Shown: positions 54,131 through 64,000 of the stretch, piece by piece
Layout: each line of letters begins with the position of its first letter
Position numbering within the stretch: position 1 is the stretch's first letter
Origin: Octopus vulgaris
Taxonomy: Eukaryota
Assembly (NCBI GenBank): GCA_951406725.2
Contig: OX597819.1
Coordinates: 103,168,001 to 103,232,000 of the forward strand
Direction of reading: 5' to 3'
Length of the DNA: 64,000 nucleotides
The notes under the pieces: model-generated
Told to the model about the DNA's origin: nothing
The model's input: only the letters and a program-made list of their open reading frames with translations
Database searches by the model: none
Position numbers and translations under genes: made by a program

Positions 54131-54703
54131 CATACAGATACAATAATCTACAAAAATTTACAAAGCTATGCGCATGGTGTTGCACACACACAGATGAACG
54201 CAAACAAATGCACTAACTCAAATATGCACGCACAATGAAATTAAATTGAACTGCACATACATGCGAAGGTGCAAGAATTCCTGCATGTATCCATCTCTCA
54301 CTCACACCCTCTCTTTCAATCACATCCCTACTCTCACTCAATCTTTTTTATCTATCTATCTATCCATTTATTTTTTATTTACCTATCTATCTATTTATTT
54401 ACCTATTTATCTATTTAACTCATCAATTTATCTATTTAACTCATTATCTATATATGTATATCTATATATCTATCTCTATCTCTATCTTTATCCATCAATT
54501 TAGCTCTCTATCTCTCTACATATCTATCTCTATTTCTGCACATCTAGCTATCCATCTATCTATCTAGCTGCCTATCTATAGTTACGGCTATAATGCTGCT
54601 TTCCCCGTATACATGTATTGTGTGTGCACGTATTTGCAAGTTGTATGCATGAAGTGTAACTGAATGTGCAGGTAAATGCATGTTATATATATATAAATGC
54701 ATG

Positions 54704-54796
<93 letters not shown>

Positions 54797-54869
54797 CATA
54801 TACTTGTGTGTATATAAATGAATACACACACACACAAATATGTATATACAAATATATCATTATAGACTC

Positions 54870-55153
54870 ACCTGTTGTTAGACGACGTATGAGGGTTCGG
54901 CTATTTCTTGCCGAACAACCAGAGAGATTATTTGTTTAAAGTGATCAAATGTTTGTGTACATATTCCCTCCATCAAATCAACATTACCAGTACAGGTACA
55001 CCATGTGACACATGTTAGATGACGAAAAGATCACAGAGCAACATGAAATGAAGTGCTTTGCTCAAGAACACAACGCAACGCCCGATCTGGGAATTGAACC
55101 CAGGATCTCGCAATTGTGAGTGCAACACCCTAAACACTAAGCCGTGCGCCTTC
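54870..55153 (-). mobile_element. SINE family C variant
   Basis: RC ggcgcacggcttagtg...gggttcaattccc...tgtgttcttgagcaaagcacttcatttca. Confidence 0.8.
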
Positions 55154-55314
55154 ACATTACAAATATATACATTCTGATATATATATGTATATGATTATTC
55201 ATTTGTATGTATGCTGTTCCCGTACCCCTAACGTAGCGGTTCGTCAAAATGTTTCCACTAGGTTTCGATTAAATCTTCCAAGATGACGCTCCAGCATAGC
55301 TGCTGTCTAATGAC

Positions 55315-55500
55315 TCTTTACTCTTTACTCTTTTACTTGTTTCAGTCATTTTGAGCAAATCGACTCCGGGACTTAATTTTTGTAAGCCCAGTACTTATTC
55401 TATCGGTCACTTTTGCCGAACCGCTAAGTGACGGGGACGTAAACACACCAGCATCGGTTGTCAAGCAATGCTAGGGGGACAAACACAGACACACAAACAT

Positions 55501-55553
<53 letters not shown>

Positions 55554-55713
55554 ATGGGTTTCTTTCAGTTTCCGTCTACCAAATCCACTCACAAGGCATT
55601 GGTCGGCCCGAGGCTATAGCAGAAGACACTTGCCCAAGATGCCACGCAGTGGGACTGAACTCGGAACCATGTGGTTGGTAAGCAAGCTACGTACCACACA
55701 GCCACTCCTGCGC
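55315..55713 (-). mobile_element. SINE family B, young copy
   Basis: Near identical to 27988-28391 apart from a short deletion in the tail. Confidence 0.95.
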
Positions 55714-55904
55714 CTGAAGCAAAAGATAAAAGATACCTACGTGCACCCACTCGGGCGTGCACATTGTTTGAAGATAGATCTTGCTGACGCTCTAAGATGC
55801 ATCATCAGGGATTGCTCCCTTTTAAGGGAATAACAGCCAAGTCTCCTTCAATTCGAAGTTTTACTATATTAGAGAAGAGAGTATGCTACTATTTATTTCA
55901 TTTA

Positions 55905-56194
55905 TTCATTCAAGGGATCGCAGTTAATTAACACCTCGCCAAAACATCTGAGGGGTTTTCATGGAGTAGGGGGTAGATGTTTCCAAGAAACAACTTGACC
56001 TCCTGCTATCGAAGGTCCCAGACGAACCAATATCAAGACAGGAGGCTCAAAAGAGGGTAACAGTGCCGAACGCCATCCTTCACCAAAAACCAATCACACA
56101 GAATTGGCCATTATAGGTGGGATTATACAGTCGGTACTCCAGTATGGCCACAACCGTAAGGCTGAAATATTCAAAACAATAAAAGAATAAAAGA
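55905..56194 (+). mobile_element. CR1/L2-clade LINE 3' end (ORF2 C-terminus plus 3' UTR)
   Basis: FKGSQLINTSPKHLRGFHGV-GVDVSKKQLDLLLSKVPDEP...NAILHQ (one frameshift), then ggtactccagtatggccaca...gctgaaa...(aataaaag)2 tail. Confidence 0.85.
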
Positions 56195-56825
56195 ATTTAT
56201 TTATTTAATTATTTATTTATTTATGGGACATCCTTCGATATTACGTTTCAAATTAATAAAAAAATGGTCAGATGGAAGATAGCTGGTAGTTTAGCTCCGG
56301 CGAGGCAACCTAGGGCTAGGCGACAACAAAAACAACAACAATAAAAGCTCTATGTACACAAAGCATTATTTGTTTAAACTTAAAGTTTAAACATTTTTTG
56401 TGTGCACACGAAGACATGAAACATACTAACAGCTACACATTTACGCAAACATAAACACACACATACACACACACACGTACACACATCCTAACTATCTTTT
56501 CTCCTCCCTCCCATACTCTATTCCCCTCATCCCGCCCCTTTCTCCCTTTTCAAACAAACTCTACAAACTAACAAATCCCTACGCACATATATGCACAACA
56601 TTGCTACGTTACACGAATCGATCAATGAGTCTCTAATTGGTCACTCATCCTGCTAGAAACAGCAGCCGTGTCATCGCCTAGTTACAGCTTACTCTCGTAA
56701 CAACTGGTCAGTGCTGAATGGATAACATAGTCCGAGATGTACGATTAGACGTGATAATCACGGATAAAATACCTCTTATTTTAGCTCAGTTCCGTCAGGG
56801 TTAAAATATGGTTAAACAAAAATAT

Positions 56826-57048
56826 ATTTCTTTATCGCCCACAAGGGGCTAAACATAGAGGGGACAAACAAGGACAGACAACAGGATTTTGTCGATTACA
56901 TCGACCCCAGTGTGTAACTGGTACTTAATTTATCGACCCCGAAAGGATGAAAGGCAAAGTCGACCTCGGCGGAATTTGAACTCAGAACATAACGGCAGAC
57001 GAAATACGGCTACGCATTTCGCCCGGCGTGCTAACTTTTCTGCCAGCT
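56826..57048 (-). mobile_element. SINE family A monomer, tail X
   Basis: RC of head plus body plus tail X. Confidence 0.9.
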
Positions 57049-57144
57049 CAACAATTCAGAAAAGCACCACCAACAACAATAACCACACACATACACACAC
57101 AGAGATATAGAGAGATAGAGAGCTAATTTTTTTCAAATAGAGAC

Positions 57145-57215
<71 letters not shown>

Positions 57216-57216
57216 G

Positions 57217-57250
<34 letters not shown>

Positions 57251-57640
57251 CCATAAATCCTCGAGTATAATCGGCATTTTTTCCCAAAAATTTTAAAGGT
57301 CAAAAACCCTAGTGCGTATTATACACGGGGTTAAAAATGAAAATTATTTTCTAAGCAATGTTCAAGTCGCTATCTGCTGTCCGGCAATGTTTATTCAGAT
57401 GCATTTTGTGATGTCGGGCGAAAAAATACATTAAGCTAAGCTTCAAAGCAATGAAGTCATAAAAGAATCATCCATAACTTGCAGTAAGCAACATTTATTA
57501 AACGTTATTACTTGTTATTACTTTATTTTCTGCAAACAAAATGCCCAATAAGGCTACACGTTTGCACTCTGTTATATATACAATAATAATAATGTACGTT
57601 ACCGTATACATTTTTACAAACCACATACTCGCACAGAGTT
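57251..57640 (+). mobile_element. Truncated pogo/Tc2-type DNA transposon end
   Basis: TA-ccataaatcctcgagtataatcggca terminus with internal inverted subrepeat gtgcgtattatacacgggg. No second end found, right boundary uncertain. Confidence 0.5.
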
Positions 57641-57695
57641 GAAACGTTGTTTGATTTTCCTTTTCAACGTTGTATATTCACCATCCCACTTCTAT

Positions 57696-57730
<35 letters not shown>

Positions 57731-58663
57731 AAACATTCACATAACCTCCTTTTATCATACACACATATATACTCACAGAGATTTGAAACGCTCCCACTGT
57801 CAGTTTGCCATCACCGCTTCCTTCCTTGTTCATCTATCACGCTTTCCTTTTGACGTAGAAAAATACAAGAGCATTATTATAATAGAAGATAAGGGATCCT
57901 GGATAAGGGATCAGAGGGAGCTCTTGCCAATAATATAATATAACTGTACTAGTCATGTTTAAGACATTTATCATGAAATAAACTTATACACCATCCACCA
58001 CTACAATTGCGCACTTATAGTTTTGGTGAAACATTGAAGAAACTGTTAACCCATTTCATTGAACCCTTCTTTCTTTTATTCATTTACTCGTTTCAGTCAG
58101 TGAAATCCGGTGGTGCTGGGGCGCCGCTGTGAATTATTTTATTTGACAATATCAAACCAAGTATTTATCAGTCTTTTTATTTTGTACTTATCACTCTTTA
58201 TCTACCCAACGGCTGCATTGTATATCTGTTTTTTAGTACTCACACACACAAACGCGCATACACGCATGTATACATATATGCACGCAGGTAGGTAACACGT
58301 ACATACATGTGTACAAATATACATAAATGCTTACACACACACACACACGTGCACACACACATACATATAGCGTATGCTTTTCTTGTAATGTGCAAGACCT
58401 ATTTAAAAATAAATATAAACATCTTTATCTTGATCGTCTTCGAGTCATCTGCTATACTAAATTAATTCCTGCTTGGCAAACTTTAGTATACGGCAACAAA
58501 CATTGCTTGCTATAACATATATGAAAACACCCAAAGCTCATAACTAGCTTCAAATGAACTGGGGTGTTAACAACCGTTGAGGAGACAAAAATACGCCGAA
58601 ATAGAAGTAGGAGTTATTAGTTTCACGCTTGTAAAGAAAAAGAGGAAGAAGTAACGAGTCACT

Positions 58664-58694
58664 GACGTTTCGGACATGCAGTCCTATATCACGG
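58664..58694 (-). ncRNA. Degenerate hammerhead-like motif
   Basis: RC ccgugauau-A-GGAC(UGCAU)GUCC-GAA-ACGU-C. Stem II and GAAACGUC intact, 5' core divergent. Confidence 0.4.
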
Positions 58695-58810
58695 AAAAAC
58701 ATTAGTTGTCGGAGTGTTATATGAGCATTGGTTATATATATATATATGCGTATAATATATACTTTTATATCTTTCAGCCCTGAGTCTGTAACCATGCTGG
58801 GGCACCTCTA

Positions 58811-58858
<48 letters not shown>

Positions 58859-59306
58859 CTGCCTGTCTGTCTGTCTGACTCTGTGTGCGCGTACGAGTGT
58901 GTGTGTAAGGTAAAAGAATGGACACTCAGTTAAATCATTGCTTCACACGTTTCGGTACCAAGGCAACTTTTATTGATTGCACATGTATTACCTCATATAA
59001 ATGTTACTTATCTTCATTGTAACTGCGGAATAGAGTATTACTAATTGATTAATTTGATAATTAATCAATTCCCTCAGCGTATTCTATTAGCCAATCACAA
59101 GCTTGAAGCTACTGAAATTATGGCCACGATCGCTGTGACCCCAACAAAATATATTTATATGTGTGTGTGTGATACTGGTAATTCATATGAAACTATTAGT
59201 AGCGTTTAAATACAAGTATTGTGCCCTTTAAATAAATAATAATATACATATATGCATGAATTTATATATATACGTGTGTGTTTGTTGTGTGTGTGTCCAT
59301 TGTGTG

Positions 59307-59339
<33 letters not shown>

Positions 59340-59353
59340 GTGTGTATGTATGC

Positions 59354-59419
<66 letters not shown>

Positions 59420-59439
59420 ATGTGCGTGTGGAAGTTCAT

Positions 59440-59733
59440 AACATACTGGCTGCTGTTTCTCTCACGATCGCTAGAGCATGGTTTCGATTCCCAAACTGGC
59501 GTTGCCATTTTCTAGTCAGCAAAACAATTCTGTTTACATTGTTCCAGGCTACTCAGCTGTAAATGAGTAACTCAGCTACAGACTGGCTCTCCGTTCAGGA
59601 GTGGCGGGGATTGGTAGAGCTTCCTGCTAACCTAGCCAACGGGTTGGCATCATTCGAAAACTACAACTATACGAGCATTATGACCAACGATGTGTATCAC
59701 AATCCTATAGTCCGGTCGATCAGTGACTTAGTG
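59440..59733 (+). mobile_element. Old SINE family C variant
   Basis: ggtttcgattccc B box, gttccaggctactcagctgtaaatgagta, tail related to the 27629 and 61215 module. Confidence 0.7.
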
Positions 59734-59769
59734 ATGTATGTGTGTGTTTACAGTTTCGATCGTAGTATT

Positions 59770-60559
59770 CTTTTCTACTCTAGGCACAAGGCCCGAACTT
59801 TGGGGGGAGAGGGAAGTCGGTTTGATCGGCTCCAGTACGCAACTGGTACTTAATATATCGACCCTGATAGGATGAACGACAAAGTCGACATCGGCGTAAG
59901 CTGAACTCAGAACGTAAAGACAAACGAAATACCGCTAAGCATTTCGCTCGCTTGCTAACGTTTCTTATTTCTTTATTGCCCACAAAAGGCTAAAGGTAGT
60001 GGGGGAAAACAAGGACAGATTAAGGGATTAAGTCGATTACATCGACTCCAGTGCATAACTGGTACTTAATTTATCGACCTCGAAAGGATGAAAGGCAAAG
60101 TCGACGTGGGCGAAATCTACACTCAGAACGTAAAACAGGCGAAATACCTATTTCTTTACTACCCACAAGGTTCTAAACACAGAGGGGAAAAACAAGGACA
60201 AACGGATTAAGCCGATTACATGGACCCCAATGCGTAACTAATACTTATTTAATCGACCCCGAAAGGATGAAAGGCAAAGTCAACCTCGGCGGAATTTGAA
60301 CTTAGAACGTAGCGGCAGGCGAAATACCTATTTCTTTACTACCCACAGGGGGTTAAACACAGAGCGAACAAACAAGGACAGACAAACGGATTAAGACGAT
60401 TACATCGACCCCAGTGCGTAAGTGGTACTTAATTTATCGACCCCGAAAGGATGAAAGGCAAAGTCGAGCTCGGCGGAATTTGAACTCAGAACGTAGCGAC
60501 AGACGAATTACTGCTGAGCATTTCGCCCGGCGTGCTAACGATTCTGCCAGCTCGCCGCC
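59770..60559 (-). mobile_element. SINE family A tetramer flanked by a probable 15-bp TSD
   Basis: Head at 60559 and four body units about 180 bp apart. Flanks ttcgatcgtagtatt (59755-59769) / tttgatcgtaatatt (60564-60578). Confidence 0.9.
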
Positions 60560-61176
60560 TTGCTTTGATCGTAATATTGAGTTTTATTTTCTATCTGAAA
60601 TAATTGAGTTTTCTCACTTTCTGCATTATTTCTTTAATTTTGCTATGCATGCATGAAGAAGTTATTGAAAATCCGATAATTATACTGGCTCTGATATTTT
60701 TCTTCATCTCTCTCAATAGTTTAAGCAGAAATTTTCTATATATCAAGTAGTTTCATAGTTACTGAGGGGTTTTCTTCGTATTGAATAAATAAATTTTTAT
60801 TACCGTAGAAATCTATTTTCATGATACTTGAAAGTAGTATATAATTTCGAAAATATTCAACTGGACATCATATATAGGGATATGGATATGTCTGTGTATT
60901 TGTGTGTGTGTGTGTGTGTGTATACTTGTGTGTGTGTGTATGGGTTTGTGTATACTTGTGTGTGTGTGTGTGTATACATATATGTGTATATATGTATATA
61001 TATATATATATATGTATAAAAAATTATTAAGATTCAGTTGAATCTTAAATTGAGGCACCAAACCAGTTCGGTATAGTCCGCGCAGCTCGAACTTAGATGA
61101 ATAAAAAGCAAATAACTAACAAAAATGTCCAGGTATCAGTGCATTACTGACACAAAGACACACACACACAGACATG

Positions 61177-61475
<299 letters not shown>

Positions 61476-62084
61476 ATATGGGACTCTACAATGTTTCTTT
61501 CCTCCATCCTTCACTTGTTCCCTTTTTTCTCCCCTCTCTATTTCACCATTTTCTATCTCTCTCGCCCCTCTTTCTCTTTTTCTCTCTCTTTCGTTGCTCA
61601 CACGTGACCATCGTCTATCTGTCTTTTCCTGAACGGATGTTCAAAAGTCTGGAGGTTTTTTCCTCTTCCTTCTATCTTTTCTCTTTTCAAAGAAAATATT
61701 CTCTCAGCGTTCATTGTTTTCCTTTCCTTCTGGTCTAACGACCCTCCAGATTTGTTTTCGTTCTGTTTCCTTGTAGGTTTCCACTCTCCTGTTTTTGTTT
61801 CCAACTTTGACCCTCCATAAATTCGAAATTTTATTTTATAATTTATGGGAGCAACTGATATTGTCGTTGAATGCTCGAAATGAGGATTAGACAGGCAGCC
61901 GACAACTAATGAAGGATCGTTCTCAGTGTTTACTTATCCTGTTTTCCATTTTTTCTCTCGTTGTTTACGTATTTTATGTTGTTTGCACAGTTGGTTACGT
62001 CTTGTACGCATATATGCATATATATATATTATAATATATTATATAATTATATATATATTGTGATTACTAATATTACTATTATAT

Positions 62085-62236
62085 ATACGACGGACTTCTT
62101 TCAGTTTCCGTCTACCAAATCCAGTGACGAGGATTTGGACGGCCCGAGGCAATAGTAGAAGTCACTTGCTTAAGGTGCTACGCAGTGGAACTGTTTCAGG
62201 ACCATGTGGCTGAGAAGCAAGCTTCTTATAACACAG
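62085..62236 (-). mobile_element. SINE family B 5' half
   Basis: cttctttcagtttccgtctaccaaatcca...cacttgc...cgcagtgg. Confidence 0.8.
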
Positions 62237-63087
62237 TGTCTCTCTCTCACACACACACATACACACACACACACACATACACACACACATACACATATAT
62301 ATATGCATAGAGAGACAGACAGAAAGACAGACAAACAGAGAAAGAGAGCCAGACAGACAGAGCCAGAGGCAGACAGCCAGACAGACAGAGTGGGAGAGAG
62401 GAGAGAGAGATAGAGTAGTTAGAAGAGAAGGCAATGCCCATGAAATTTAACTTGTCCTCCGAGATGAGAAAGAGTGAGGGGAAGTATCCTCAAGCCAGAG
62501 ACATCGCTCGAACGATTAAACAGAGTGAACACCGCCAAGTTCACCAAGGATCCACGTAGAGTTTTTAAACCCCACCGCAGATTAAGATGATCGTATTGTC
62601 TCCTTGAAATTAGAGTACAAAAGGCTGGAAAAATACTGCAAGATATCCAATCCAACGCTCTTAGAGTTCGGCCAGTCTAATTTTGGTTCTTATTTATACT
62701 GACTAAGAATTAGTGAATAGCAAAATTGATCTCAAAGTGTTTTGACCTCAGAGCTCCGAATATCAGATGAAATACCACGACAAGATGAAATAGTCTAAAC
62801 GAGGCTCTAACTCTTCTTCTAATTAACTGTCTTAAAATAGTGGGGTGGAGACAGCCGGAAAGACTGACTTGGAGTTAAACAACGAGTGTACCTCTCAAGT
62901 ACTGCTGGCACTAATTATACTCCCACTAAATGCTCCTCACTGCCATTACAACTAACAAACGGGGAAACAAATGTGAGTACCTGTACACTCTTGCTTGGTC
63001 TCTTAGCAAACGTTTACGGGTGCTGTCATTTGTCCACTGTGTCCTATATATCAAAAACACAATAATTCAAAAGAATTAGGTGGTTAC

Positions 63088-63135
63088 TTCCACCGAGGAG
63101 GCAAAATCACGCCGAAACGCTGACGTGATTTGGAA
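63088..63135 (+). ncRNA. Hammerhead-like motif, variant core CCGAGGA
   Basis: uucca-CCGAGGA-GGC(aaaaucac)GCC-GAA-ACG(cuga)CGU-G-auu-uggaa. G at the cleavage position is unfavourable. Confidence 0.45.
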
Positions 63136-63496
63136 TTTGATTTGATCTGCTAAATTTCCCTTATATCATCATTTGAAGTCTTAAATACAATGAAGAATTC
63201 ATTAAATGATATGGGCTTTAGATATATTGGGACTGAATAAAACTGGTTGCAACGACTTGCATGATTGTTCTAGAATAAGAGCGATTTTAAGTTAACCACT
63301 ACCTCCATAGAAAGCACCACCACTGAAACCAATACAAACAACACCACTAACACCACAAAAATCAACAATAATATAGCAAGCACCACCAACAGTACCATCA
63401 TCAACGCTGTCTCCAACACAAGCAACACCATCGCAAACACTTTCATCACCAACAAGGGCAACGCAACCAAAACGATCATCACCAACAATAACAATA

Positions 63497-63697
63497 TCGG
63501 TTTCAAATTTTGGCACAAGGCCAGTAAATTCAGGGTGAGGGCAAGTCAATTACATCCACCCCAGTGCTCCACCGGTCCTTATTTTATCGATCTTGAAGGA
63601 TGAAATATAAAGTTGATCTCGGCGGAATTTGAATTAAGAATGGACCGAAAGCTACTAAGAATATTACCTGGCGTGCTAACAATTCTGCCATCTCGCC
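63497..63697 (-). mobile_element. SINE family A, diverged
   Basis: gatctcggcggaatttgaa ... ggcgtgctaacaattctgccatctcgcc. Confidence 0.8.
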
Positions 63698-64000
63698 ATG
63701 TTACCAACAACAACGATATCAAACAGCTTCACCAAGAACAACTTGAAGGCCGCCACCACCATCAGCAAAAATGTCACCGTCAACACCACCACCACCACCA
63801 CCACCACCACCATCAACATAACTACCGTCAGCAATACAAACAACAAATAACATTCAACAAAAGCAATGACTGAACAACCAACTACTTCTTCCAATACTAC
63901 CACAAAAAAGACAGTTCCACCATCACCACTACCTCCATCACAATAAACACCATCACAATAATCATCATCACAACAATCGCCATCACCCCAGCCACCATCA

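Noticed and set aside
59770-60559. Regularly spaced repeats resembling a CRISPR array
   Set aside because: Whole 180-bp units repeat with no unique spacers, the context is eukaryotic and there are no cas genes.

Overview
AT-rich, repeat-saturated animal DNA, most likely intronic or intergenic sequence of a coleoid cephalopod (Octopus-like). The organism is inferred from the SINE repertoire and microsatellite load, not verified. Almost every entry in the ORF track is translated microsatellite. Recognisable content: three tRNA-derived SINE families (dozens of copies, some as TSD-flanked multimers or close inverted pairs), a full-length decayed mariner with TIRs (35943-37185), a decayed DD41D-type Tc1/mariner (about 10590-11638), two short DNA-transposon derivatives, and LINE remnants (CR1/L2-like 3' ends that share their tail with one SINE family, a Hero-like RLE 3' end, an old RT remnant). 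There are also Penelope-like AT-rich repeats and one or two candidate minus-strand coding exons of an unidentified host gene. The most notable signal is a set of minimal hammerhead-ribozyme-like folds at 8 loci in about 7 unrelated repeat contexts, most with non-canonical cores (CCGAnGA, CUGUnGA). One sits in each arm of a near-perfect 443-bp palindrome (32416-32858). All calls were made by eye. No database searches or folding programs were run, and repeat boundaries are approximate.
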